Shown here: positions 17,397 through 33,200 of the stretch, in pieces
Layout: every line of letters starts with the position of its first letter
Numbering within the stretch: the first letter of the stretch is position 1
NCBI GenBank assembly: GCA_964573635.1
Contig: CAZNKG010000009.1
Span: 20,656-84,655 of the forward strand
Direction: 5' to 3'
DNA length: 64,000 nucleotides
Source: an uncultured Desulfatibacillum sp.
GTDB lineage: Bacteria > Desulfobacterota > Desulfobacteria > Desulfobacterales > SpSt-501
Notes under the pieces: model-generated
Database searches by the model: none
Told to the model about the DNA's origin: nothing
The model's input: the letters and a program-made list of their open reading frames with translations, nothing else
Made by a program: the position numbers and the translations under genes

Positions 17397-18907
17397 TTCT
17401 GCAAGATCTCGTCCGCATCAGCGCGCAGCGCACTCCCGAGGCGGAAGCCATTCGCGCGCCCGACGGCCAAACGACTTACGGCGGGTTGGACCGGCTGGCC
17501 CATCGCATCGCCCGAACGCTGCACGCCATGGGAGTGCGTAAAGGCGATCGTGTCGGCGTCTGGCTCGATAAATCGCTGCGTGCGGTTGCGGCCACTCAGG
17601 GCATCCTGCGCTGCGGCGCGGCCTATGTCCCTCTTGATCCGTTTTCGCCTCCGGCGCGAGTGGCCACCATTATTTCCGACTGCGCCATGCGGGCGCTGGT
17701 CGCCACCACGCGCGGTGCGGCGGCGGCGCTGGGAGACAATCCGGCCGGAGTCCGCTGCTTGTGCGTTGACGGCGCATATCACGGACCGAGCTGGGATGAG
17801 CTCGCAACCGTGCCCGATCATCCGTTTCCGGGTCCGCCGGCCGATGACGCGGATCTGGCCTATATCCTCTACACGTCGGGCTCGACGGGAACGCCCAAGG
17901 GGGTTTGCATCAGCCATCGGAACGCGCTGGCCTTCGTCGAATGGGCGGGCGATGTGCTTCAGGCGACGTCGACCGACCGTTTTTCCAACCACGCTCCGCT
18001 GCATTTCGATCTCTCGGTTCTGGATCTCTATACGGCCTTTCGCGCCGGCGCCCGCGTCTCGCTGATCCCCGACGGCATGTCTTATGCGCCGCAGCGCTTG
18101 GTGTCCTTCATCGCTGCCGAGCAGATCACGATCTGGTATTCCGTGCCCTCGGCGCTCATCCTGATGATGGAGCAGGGGGGCCTCCTGGAGCAGAAATCGC
18201 TGCCGGTGCGGGTGTTCATCTTCGCCGGAGAGCCGTTTCCCGTAAGGCATCTGAGACGGCTCGTCGCGCATTGGCCCAAAATCCGATACCTGAATTTTTA
18301 CGGCCCCACCGAGACCAATGTGTGCACGTGGTACGAGGTGGATCCGGGCGCTCTGGATCTCGACCGCCCGGTGCCGATCGGCACGGCCGCTTCCGGAGAC
18401 CGGGTGTGGGCGGTCAAGCCGGACGGTTCAGCGGTCGGCGCTGGTGAAACCGGTGAGCTCATGGTGGCGGGGCCGACGGCGATGCTCGGCTATTGGGGCA
18501 GGCCGCCTCTCGGAGATGCGCCTTACGCGACGGGCGATCTGGTCCGGCTGCGGGCGGACGGAAACTTCGATTACTTGGGCCGTCTGGACCATATGGTCAA
18601 AGTCCGCGGACATCGCGTAGAGCTCGGCGAGATCGAGGCGGTATTGAGCGCCCACCGTGCGGTGCATGAGGCGGCGGTGGTGGTGAAGGGCGCGGGAACC
18701 GAGGCGCGGCTGGTCGCGTTTATCGCCGCGAATGGGCAGCCGCCCTCGTTGTTGGAGATCAAGCGCCACTGCGCCGAGCGGCTGCCGCGGTACATGATCG
18801 TGGATGACCTGCGCTGCCTGTCGAGGCTTCCCCGCACGCGGAACGGCAAAATCGATCGCCTGGCGCTTGGTCGCGAAGCCACCTCGGACGGGGAAGGAGG
18901 AAAATAG
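17393..18907 (+). CDS. Stand-alone adenylation enzyme (amino-acid adenylation domain, DltA/PltF-like size)
   Basis: LAYILYTSGSTGTPKGV (A3), HFDLSVLDLY (A4 with Asp235), NFYGPTETNV (A5), YATGDLVR (A7), VKVRGHRVELGEIE (A8), NGKIDR (A10). Confidence 0.9.
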   Translation: MILQDLVRISAQRTPEAEAIRAPDGQTTYGGLDRLAHRIARTLHAMGVRKGDRVGVWLDKSLRAVAATQGILRCGAAYVPLDPFSPPARVATIISDCAMRALVATTRGAAAALGDNPAGVRCLCVDGAYHGPSWDELATVPDHPFPGPPADDADLAYILYTSGSTGTPKGVCISHRNALAFVEWAGDVLQATSTDRFSNHAPLHFDLSVLDLYTAFRAGARVSLIPDGMSYAPQRLVSFIAAEQITIWYSVPSALILMMEQGGLLEQKSLPVRVFIFAGEPFPVRHLRRLVAHWPKIRYLNFYGPTETNVCTWYEVDPGALDLDRPVPIGTAASGDRVWAVKPDGSAVGAGETGELMVAGPTAMLGYWGRPPLGDAPYATGDLVRLRADGNFDYLGRLDHMVKVRGHRVELGEIEAVLSAHRAVHEAAVVVKGAGTEARLVAFIAANGQPPSLLEIKRHCAERLPRYMIVDDLRCLSRLPRTRNGKIDRLALGREATSDGEGGK

Positions 18908-18911
18908 CACG

Positions 18912-19169
18912 ATGGAGCGAACCGAGATCTTGGACACGCTGCGGCACTACGTCGCCCGGGAAATCCTGGAGGGCAAGGACATGGGGTTGGATGCCGCCAC
19001 ACCCTTGCTGGAGTGGGGGATTCTCAATTCGATCGAAATCGGGAGGATCGTGGCCTTCATCCAGAAGCAATTGGGCGTCGTCGTCCCGCCGGAAAAGATC
19101 CTTCCGGAGCATTTTATCAGCCTGGCCGCGCTCTCCGATCTGGTGTGGGGGCTCTCCCGGCGGGGATAG
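18912..19169 (+). CDS. Free-standing carrier protein (PCP/ACP)
   Basis: 85 aa with LLEWGILNSIEIGRIVAFIQKQL (Ser in the phosphopantetheine-site context), directly after the A enzyme. Confidence 0.75.
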   Translation: MERTEILDTLRHYVAREILEGKDMGLDAATPLLEWGILNSIEIGRIVAFIQKQLGVVVPPEKILPEHFISLAALSDLVWGLSRRG

Positions 19170-19355
19170 CCGGCTGTGGATCTACGGCGTCTTGAGGCCG
19201 TGATCCTGCGAGTCACGGCGCTTGGCAATGCTCCCATCGGATTCGAACGAGCGGCGCTTTCCAAGTCGCCGCGCGCCTCGGCTGTCGGCCGGATGCTTGT
19301 TTTTCCAGAGACCGATAGCCGCTGCGGCGGCGCGGCGCAAAAGGAGCAGGACATC

Positions 19356-22300
19356 ATGCGGTCCGAACTGAATGGCGCTGCGGGCGAAAGCCGATCCGGC
19401 GCCGGCAGCCCGGAACCCATCGCGATTGTCGGGATCGGCTGCCGGTTCCCGGGCGCCTCCGGACCGGAGCGGTTCTTCGAGAACCTCTGCGCCGGAGAGG
19501 ATGCCGTGCGGGAGGTCCCGGCGGATCGATGGGATGTCGAGCGGCTGTTCGACCCGGACGGGTCGGCCCCCGGCCGCATGAATTCCCGGCACGGAGGCTT
19601 TCTGAGGGACGTTGATCAATTCGACTGGAAGGCGCTGCGCATCCCGCCCCGCGAAGCCAGTTTTCTCGACCCTCAGCAGCGGCTTCTGCTTGAGGTCGCC
19701 TGGGAGGCGTTCGAGGACGCCGGGCTGCCGCTCGAGTGGGTGGCCGGCAGCCGCACCGGGGTCTTTCTGGGGCTGATGTGGAACGATTTTTTGCGGCGGC
19801 TTTCGGCGCACCTCGAAAGTTTGAACGGGTATGCGCTGACCGGTAACATGTTCGCTTTCGCTCCCAATCGCATCTCCTTCTTTTTCGATTTGAAAGGCCC
19901 GAGCATGGCGGTGGATGCGGCCTGCGCCTCCTCGCTGGCCTGCCTGCAGGCCGCTTGCCTCAGTCTGTGGGCTGATGAATGCGACATGGCGCTTGTCGGC
20001 GGCGCCAGCCTGATGCTGCATCCGGATGCCGCCATCATGCTCTCCAAGGCCGGCGTGCTGTCGCCGCAAGGGGCCTGCCGGGCGCTGGACGCGTCGGCGG
20101 ACGGTTTCGTCCGCGGCGAGGGCGCCGGCGTTGTGGTGTTGAAGCCCCGCTCGAAAGTGAACGCCGCTGACCGGGTTTATGCCTATGTCCGCGGTGTCGC
20201 GGTCCGCCACAACGGCCGCAACGAGTGGATCATGGCGGCCAATGCGGCGGGGCAGTCCCGGACCCTCCGGGAAGCCTACCGCCGTGCCGGGGTCGATCCG
20301 TCGCAAGTGGATTACGTCGAGCTTCACGGCACCGGGCTCCTGAAAGGCGATGCGCTGGAGGTCGGCGTCTTGGGCGAGGTTCTCGGACGTTGTCCGGGCC
20401 GCCGCCATCCCTGCCGGGTGGGTTCCGTCAAAACCAACATCGGGCACCTGGAAGCCGCGGCGGGCATCGCCGGCCTCATCAAGGTGGCTCTTGCGCTGCA
20501 TCACGGGCAAATTCCTCCGACTCGGAATCTGCTGCGGGTTAACCCGGCTATCGATTTCGAAAATCTTGGCCTGCGGCCGCAGCTGACCCTGGGTCCGTGG
20601 CCTGAACGGCAGGGTCCGGCAGTGGCCGGAGTCAGCGCCATATCGATGTCCGGGGTGAACGCCCACGCGGTTCTGGAAGCGGTGCCCAACGCCCCCCCGG
20701 AAAGGGCTGCGGGCGGCCGAGAGGCCCCATCGCCCTATGTGCTGCCGATTTCCGCGCGCACGGCGGGCGCCTTGCGAAGGCAGGCGCAGGCGGTGGCCGA
20801 AGCGTTGCGCGCGGAAAATGGCGCCGGGGCCGGCGCGTTGAGTGACGTTTGTTTCACGGCCGCCGTGCGGCGCAGCCACCATGAATTCCGGACGGCGGTG
20901 GTGGGGGAAACCCGCGCTCAGCTGGCCGCGGCGCTGAGCCGTTGGCTCGAAAGCGAGCCTGTTCCCTCCGCGGCCGCTCACTCACCGCCGAGCGTGGTGT
21001 TTGTTTTCAGCGGCCGTGTTCCGGCCGATTGGCGTTTGAACCGGAGTCCGCTGCCGCGCGACGAGCTGTTCTGTTCCGTGGCCGAACGCTGCCGCCGGGT
21101 GCTTCGGGAAGGGTTCCGGCGCCCGGCGGCGGCCGGGGTGCCGCGCGATCCCTCCGGCCTCCGGCTCAAGGCGGTAGACCGGGCGCGTTGGGAGCTTGCG
21201 GCGGTCCAAATGGCGACCGTAGCGCTTTGGCTGTCGTGGGGGGTGACGCCTTCCGCCTGCCTGGTGTCACGCGCCGCCGCGGATGCAGCGGCGCGTCTCG
21301 ATGAACAAGTCGACCTCGAGGAGGAGATCCGCGTCTGTTTCGGATTGAACCCGGTGCAGTCGCGGGGCGGCGGCGCGGACGCCGGGCGGCCAGACCGGGA
21401 CCCGACAGCGGAACGCCTCTTCCCGGTGCGAAAAGAAACCCTCTTCCCGAAATTTGGGGCGCCGCGCATCGTCCTGTTCGAGGAGCCCCCCAGTGCCGAC
21501 GAAGGGGAGGCGGCGGGGGCGCCGCGGGCCGATCGCGCTGCGCTGGAAGCCGCTCTGGCGGCGTCTGTCGGGGAGCTGGGCGCCGATGCGGCCGCCCATT
21601 ATCTCGAAATCGGTCCACGCCTGCGCCTGTCCCGGCATCTCACGAACCTGCAGACCCGACAACGGATTGGGGGCCGCTGCCTCATGCCGGCATCCGCGGA
21701 GGCGGTTGACCGTCACCTGATGGTGCAAGCGCTGGCGCAGCTTTACCGGACGGGATGGCCTGTTCGTTGGAGCGGTTTTTATGCGCACGGAGGGCGCTGC
21801 GTGCATCTTCCCCCGTACCCGTGGGAGCGGGAGCGGCTGTGGCCGCCTTGTCTCGACGCCGAAGCGCGCGGCGGCCAAGCGCGGCCGGGCCGGCGGCTTG
21901 AAGGCCCGAATGCGGCCTCCGCGCCGCCGTCAACGGGGAACCAAGACGGTTCGGCGGCCGCGCCACAAAACCGGTCGGACGGCGGCGATCTCGGGATGAG
22001 TTCGGTGCGGACGCTTTCGGCCGCCTGGCGGAACACCCCCCGGACGGGGCCGCTGCGTCCGCTGCTGGTCGGGGTCCTGTCCTCTCACCTGATCGATATC
22101 CTCGGGTTTGAAAGGGGGGTGAGCCTGGATCCCCACCGGCGTTTGTTCGAATTGGGGATGAATTCCCTGGCCACGGTCGAACTCATGCGCCGCCTGGAGC
22201 TCGAAATCGGGCGACGTTTCCCGCCGACGCTCATCTTCGACTATCCGACCATCGACGGCTTGGCCGGCTGCCTGGAACGCGAGTTGTCGGACGGACCGGA

Positions 22301-22432
22301 GGGCCCACCCCGCTCGGCGCAGCGCCCGGGACGTTGCGAAGGCGATCGCCCCGCGGCGGCCGTCATCGACCAGCTTTCCGAAGCGGAAGCCGACGAGCTC
22401 CTGCGGCATAAACTTGATGCGCTCGAGAGAAA

Positions 22433-22442
<10 letters not shown>
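19356..22442 (+). CDS. Type I polyketide synthase module: KS - degenerate AT remnant - ACP
   Basis: See the domain features below. ATG 19356 has AAGGAG upstream. In-frame GTG 19176 is an alternative start. Confidence 0.9.
19413..20684 (+). other. KS domain (module 1)
   Basis: EPIAIVGIGCRFPG; VDAACASSL (Cys codon 19923-19925); VELHGTG; VKTNIGHLEAAAG. Confidence 0.9.
20994..21614 (+). other. Truncated/degenerate acyltransferase-like region (module 1)
   Basis: VVFVFSGRVPADW replaces FxFxGQGSQ. WGVTPSACLVSRAAAD sits where GHSxGE is expected (about 21258-21284). The region is only about 200 aa. YLEIGP and the post-AT linker YPWERERLW are retained. Confidence 0.65.
22059..22280 (+). other. ACP domain (module 1)
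   Basis: FELGMNSLATVELMRRLE (Ser codon 22164-22166). Confidence 0.8.
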
Positions 22443-26907
<4,465 letters not shown>

Positions 26908-26911
<4 letters not shown>

Positions 26912-29900
26912 ACGCCCGCCCCCCCCGCAGCGATTCCCTCGGCGCAGAGGAAAAGCGACGCTTGCTGGAAGATATCCTCCACCGGCGCGTCCAGGGCTCC
27001 GCCACACCCTGTCCGCTGTCCCACAACCAGAGCGCCCTGTGGTTTCTTTACCAGCTGGCGCCGAAAGCCTCGGCTTACAATTTGTCATTTTCGACCCGCA
27101 TCCGCTCGGCGGTGGATCCCTCGGCCTTGCACCGGGCTTGCCAGGGGCTGATCGACCGGCATGCGGTATTGCGCACCACCTTCGCCGCCATCGCCGGCCA
27201 ACCGATGCAGTTGGTGCACCAAACGATGCCGGTCGACTTCCGGCAGGCGCAGGCTGTCGGGTGGAGCGAAGAGGAGCTTCGGGCGCGCGTGGAGTCCGAC
27301 TTCAAATCGCCTTTCGATCTGGAGAACAGCCCGCCGCTGAGCGCTTTTTTCTACTCTTTATCGGAAACGAATCACGTTTTCCTGCTCAAGGTTCATCATA
27401 TCGCCTTCGACGGATGGTCGGCTGCGGTCGTCGCCCGGGAGCTCCTGTCGCACTATGCGACGGAAACCCGCGGTCTTCCCGGCGAGGTCCGGCCGCCCCG
27501 CCGCCAGTACACCGACTTCGTCCGCTGGCAACAGCAGCTGCTGGAAGGCGAAAGCGGCGAGCGCAGCTGGTCCTTTTGGCGCTCGCGGTTGGCGGGAAAC
27601 CTGCCGGTGCTCGATCTCCCCGGAGACCGCCCGCGGCCGCCGGTCTTGACGTTCAACGGCGCGACCCACCGCTTCACGCTGGAGGCGGATCGCGTGGCGC
27701 GGCTGCGGGAGCTGGCGCGGGGAAACGGCGCAACGCTTTTCATGGCGCTCCTGGCAGGCTACATGCTGCTGCTGCACCGCTGGAGCGGGCAGGAGGAGAT
27801 CCTGATCGGAGCACCCGTTTCCTGCCGCGGCCGGGCTGAATTCGAAGGCACCGTCGGCGACCTGGTGAACATGATCCCGCTGCGCGGAAATCTCGATCCG
27901 CAGCAGAGCTTTCTCACGCTGCTGGCCCAACTCCGCCAAACCGTTCTCGAAGCCCTGTCGCACCGGGAATTCCCCTACGCCGTCCTAGTCGAACGCCTTG
28001 CCCCGCCGCGCGACACCAGCCGCATGCCTCTGTTCGACGTGGCCTTTTCGTACCAGATGCCCGGCCGCTTCAGCGAATTGACCAACCTTCTGGTCGCCGG
28101 CCGCGGGGGCACGCGCATCCAATTCGGAGGGCTGATTCTCGAGCCCTACCCGCTCAACCAGCAGGAGGGTCAGTTCGACCTCAACCTGGAGGTTAGAGAA
28201 GAAAGCGATTCCATCCTCTGCGCGCTGATATACAAGCCGGAGCTTTTCGATGCCGAAACCATCGTGCGGATGGCGGAGCACTTTACGGTCCTCTTAGACG
28301 GCATTCTCGCGGATCCCACGCGGCGGCTGGCCGATTTTTCGATGTTGACGCCAGCGGAGACCCATCGGCTGCTGGTCGAATGGAATGACACCCGCCGGCC
28401 CTATGACCTTGAGGTCGGCCTGGCCGAACGGTTTGAAGCCCAGGTGGAGCGTACCCCGCATGCGGTCGCCGTGGAGTTCGAAGGCCGCGAAATGACCTAT
28501 GCCGAGTTGAATGCGCGCGCCAATCAGCTCGCCCATCTCCTGCGGAGTCGCGGCATCGGGCCGGAGATCCCGGTCGGCATTTTCATGGAGCGGTCGCTTG
28601 AGATGCTGATCGGGATATACGCTGTCGTCAAAGCGGGCGGCGCGTATGTTCCGTTCGACCCCGATTACCCTCCGGAGCGCATCGCCTTTATGGCGGACGA
28701 TGCCCGGGCCCCCATCCTGCTGACCCAGGCGCATCTGCGCGCGGCGCTGCCGTCGATCCCGGCCGAAGTTCTAGACGTCGATGCGGATGGTGCGGGTTTG
28801 GAAGGCCTGCCGCGATCCAACCCGGCCACGGTGGTTTCCGCGGACCACTTGGCCTACATCATTTTCACCTCCGGATCGACCGGCAAGCCGAAAGGGGTCA
28901 TGAACACCCACCGCGGGATCGTCAACCGCCTGCTTTGGATGCAGGAAGAGTATCGGCTGTCGCCGGCAGACCGCGTGCTGCAGAAGACGCCGTTCAGCTT
29001 CGACGTTTCGGTGTGGGAGTTTTTTTGGCCGCTGCAGGTCGGAGCGCGGCTGGTCATGGCGCGGCCCGGGGGGCATCGCGACAGCGCTTATCTGGTTCGG
29101 ACGATCGCCGGCCGCCGGATCACGACGCTGCACTTCGTTCCCTCGATGCTGCAGCTCTTCCTTGAAGAGGACGGCCTGGAAGCGTGCCGGGACCTGCGTC
29201 AGGTGTTCTGCAGTGGCGAGGCGCTTTCCGCTGAGCTTCAAAACCGGTTTTTCGAGAAATTCGCCTGCGCCCTCCATAATCTTTACGGACCGACCGAGGC
29301 GGCGGTGGACGTCACCTATTGGCCGTGCGCGGCGGGCGGCGATCGTCCGGTGGTTCCCATCGGGCGCCCCGTGGCCAACACCCAGATCTATATCCTGGAC
29401 GCCCAAGGCCAGCCCACGCCGGTGGGGGTCCCCGGAGAGCTGCACATCGGCGGCGTTCAGGTGGCCCGCGGGTATCTCAACCGCCCGGAGCTGACGGCGG
29501 AAAAGTTCATTCCGGATCGGTTCAGCCGGACACCGGGGGCGCGCCTTTACAAGACGGGGGACCTCTGCCGCTATCTGAAAGACGGCAGCATCGAATACCT
29601 CGGCCGCCTGGACTTCCAGGTCAAAATACGGGGATTGCGCGTCGAACTGGGTGAGGTCGAGAATCGTTTGGCGGCCTTCGACGGCGTCGGCAACTGCGTG
29701 GCCGTGCTGCGCACGGACCGGCCGGAGGACCAGCGTCTGGTGGCCTACTACGAACTTGCCGCCCGTCGGGAGATACCCGCGGCCCAACTTCGAAAGCACA
29801 TGCTCGACGCCTTGCCCGATTATATGGTTCCGCAGCATTTCGTGCGCCTCGACGCCCTGCCCCTTCTGCCGAACGGCAAAGTCGACCGCAAGGCGCTTCC

Positions 29901-30276
29901 CGCCCCCCGGTTTGACGGAGAGGACCGGGGGGCTTACGTGGCGCCGCGCAGCGAGACCGAACGGCGCGTCGCCGCCGTCTGGGAGGCGGTGCTGGGTCGC
30001 GGGCCCGTCGGCATACGGGAATCGTTTTTTGAACTCGGCGGGCATTCGCTGCTGCTCCCGCGGGTGCTGCGTCGGCTGCGGCAGGAGCTCCATGCGGAAC
30101 TGTCGCTGGTCAACCTCTTTCAATATCCCAGCGTCGCCGCGCTGGCGGAATACATCGACGCCATCCATCATCCGGAGATCACCCCCGAAAAAACACGCGA
30201 TCGGGCCGCCAGGCAGATCGCCTCGCTGAAGCGGCAGAAACGGCTGCCTGCCGCGCCGAGAAAGGCCAATGACTGA
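26908..30276 (+). CDS. Nonribosomal peptide synthetase module: C - A - PCP
   Basis: See the domain features below. ATGA overlap with the upstream PKS. Confidence 0.92.
27004..28317 (+). other. Condensation domain
   Basis: SHNQSALWFLYQL; HHIAFDGWS (27394-27414). Confidence 0.85.
28405..29892 (+). other. Adenylation domain, by-eye specificity code DVWHFSLVDK (Ser-type)
   Basis: LAYIIFTSGSTGKPKGV; FSFDVSVWE; ITTLHFVPSM; VFCSGEAL; NLYGPTEAAVDV; YKTGDLCRY; NGKVDRKAL. Confidence 0.85.
29944..30162 (+). other. PCP domain
   Basis: FFELGGHSLLLPRVLRRL. Confidence 0.85.
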
Positions 30277-33200
30277 AGCACCGACCGAATTCGCGGAGGA
30301 AGCGCTTGAGCCCATTGCGGTCATCGGCATCGCCTGCCGCTTTCCGGGTGCGGCCGACCGGGAGCAGTTCTGGCGAAACTTGTGCGGCGGCGTCGAATCC
30401 ATCCGCCATTTCAGCGAGGAGGAGCTGCGCGGCCGCGGATTGCCCGAAGAGTGGATGCGTCATCCCCGGTTCGTCAAGGCCGGGACGATCCTGGAGGATG
30501 TCGACCGTTTTGACGCCAAGTTTTTTGGTTTCAGCCCGCGGGAGGCTCTGATCACGGATCCTCAGCACCGCCTTTTTCTGGAAACGTCGTGGGAGGCGCT
30601 TGAGGATGCCGGGTATGTCCCGGGGGCCATTCCCGACCCCGTGGGAGTATTCGCCGGCGTCAACCAGAACCACTACCGCCCCCTGGTGGAGCCGCTGGCA
30701 TCCCCGCACGACACGGCCGAAGAGCTCGAGCTGCTGTTCGGAAACGAAAAGGATTTCCTGGCGACGCGGGTCTCTTACAAGCTCAACCTGACAGGTCCCA
30801 GCCTCAGCGTGCAGACGGCCTGCTCGACCTCTCTGGTGGGCGTCGGTCTGGCCTGCCAGAGCCTGTGGAGCTATCAGTGCTCGATGGCGCTCGCGGGGGG
30901 CGTTACGGTCAACCTGCGCCATGTCAACGGCTATTTTTTTCAAGAGGGGGCCATCCTGTCGCCTGACGGCCACTGCCGGGCGTTCGACGCCCGCGCGGCC
31001 GGCACCGTCATCGGGCAGGGAGTCGGGGTCGTCGTTATCAAGCGCCTCGCGGACGCGCTGAGGGATGGCGACCATATTTACGCCGTGATCCGAAGCTGCG
31101 CCATCAACAACGACGGGGCCGCGAAGGTCGGCTTTACCGCGCCCAGCGTCGAGGGCCAGTCCGAGGTGATCACGATGGCGCACGCATTGGCCGGCATCTC
31201 CGCTGAATCGATCGGCTACATCGAGGCGCACGGCACCGGCACCCGGCTGGGCGACCCGATTGAAGTCGCGGCGCTGACCCGCGCTTTCCGCGCCACGACG
31301 TCGCGCAAAGGATTCTGCGCCATTGGGTCCGTCAAGACCAACATCGGCCATGCCGATGCCGCCGCCGGAATCGCCGGCCTGATCAAGACCGCCCTGATGC
31401 TCGAACGCCGCACGCTCGTTCCAAGCCTCAATTACACGGCGCCGAACCCCGAGATCGATTTCGAATCCAGCCCGTTCTACGTCAGCCGCTGCCGCTGCCC
31501 CTGGAAGGCCGATGGGCATCCGCTCCGGGCCGGCGTCAGCGCCTTCGGTATCGGCGGAACGAACTGCCACGTCGTGCTGGAGGAGCCTCCGCAGGTCGAT
31601 CCCTCCGGCCCCTCCCGGCCCGAGCAGTTGATTCGGCTGTCCGCCCGAAGCCCCGAGGCGCTCAAACGGGCCGCCGGGCGCTTGGCGTCCGCTTTAAGGG
31701 CGCAGCCCGAGATGCATCTCGCCGATGTCGCTTTCACCCTGCACCTCGGACGCCACGATTTCAATTGCCGGGGCATGCTGGTGTGCCGGGACGCGGCGGC
31801 GGCCTGCGAGATTCTGGAGCGATACGATGACCCGCGATGGGTATGGCGCGTGCAGACGCGTCGCGACCCGCCGCTCGCTTTCATGTTCTCGGGCCAAGGA
31901 TCGCAGCATGCCGGCATGGGCCGCCAGCTTTACCAAACAGAACCCGCCTTCCGGCAGGCGCTCGACCGCTGCGCCGAGGTTCTGGGGCCGCACCTCCCGT
32001 GGGATCTGCGGGAGGCGCTTTTCCCGCCGCCGGCCGAAGCGGCGACCTCACGCCGCGATCTGCGATCGACCGATCTGGCCCAGCCCGCGCTGTTCGCGGT
32101 CGAATACGCGCTGGCGCAGCTGTGGATGTCCTGGGGCATCCAACCGGAGGCGATGATTGGACACAGCATCGGCGAATATGTCGCCGCATGCCTTGCCGGC
32201 GTCTTCAGCCTGGAAGATGCGCTTGCGCTGGTCGCCGACCGCGGGCGGCTCATGCGGGGGCTCCCCGAGGGTTCGATGGCGGCCGTGCCGCTCGCGGAGG
32301 ACGATCTGCGCCGGCTGGCGGGCGGCAGGCTCGATATCGCGGCGGTGAATGCGCCCGAGCTGTGCGTCGTGTCGGGGGAGAGCGCGGTGGTGGCGGAATT
32401 CGTTCGGGAGCTGGAAGCGAACGGCCGGTCATGCCGGCGGCTGCATCTCTCCCACGCTTTTCACAGCCGCATGATGGATCCGATCATCGATCGCTTTATC
32501 GAGCGGGTCTCCCGGGTGCCTCGGCATCAGGCCCGAATCCCGTTTCTCTCCAACCTGACGGGCACCTGGATCACGCCGCAGCAGGCCGTCTCGGAAGAAT
32601 ATTGGGGCCGGCATCTCCGGCAGACCGTGCGCTTTGCCGACGGCGTGCGCGTGCTTCTCGACCAATCAGAACGCATCCTCTTGGAGGTTGGCCCCGGCAG
32701 CGCGCTTTGTACGCTCGCCCGTCAGCAGGCAGGCGCCGGCGGCCGCGTCATTCTGCCGTCACTGCCCCATCCCCAGGCGGGAGTGAGCGATGAAGAGGCC
32801 GTGCAGCGATGCCTGGGCAGACTGTGGTTGGAGGGTGTACAGCCGGACTGGCGCCGCTATTATGCCGGTGAGCACCGGCGGCGGGTTTCTCTGCCCACTT
32901 ATCCTTTCGAGCGCGAAAGGTTCTGGCCGAGTTCCCCTGCGGCCGACACCGAAGGCCGCGCCGCGCCGGTCCCCGGTGCGTGGGGGGGTGCGCCCGGTGT
33001 CGTCGCCGAGGCGCCGCCCCCGGACTTTGAAAAGAGCGGCTTCGTCCGCAGGGATGACCCCGGCGGCGGCGCCTCCCGTCCGCGGAACTCCCTGGAGCAG
33101 GAGCTGCGGTCGATCTGGCAAGCCGTTCTGGGCTGCGACCAGGTCGGGCTGCATGACGATTACTTCGAACTTGGAGGAACCTCGCTCCGCGCCGCACGGC

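Noticed and set aside
17393-19169. A enzyme plus small carrier protein as a DltA/DltC D-alanylation system.
   Set aside because: No DltB (MBOAT) or DltD homologue is nearby. The pair is flanked by an ACAD and a KS and preceded by an Sfp-type PPTase, which fits a PKS starter cassette better.
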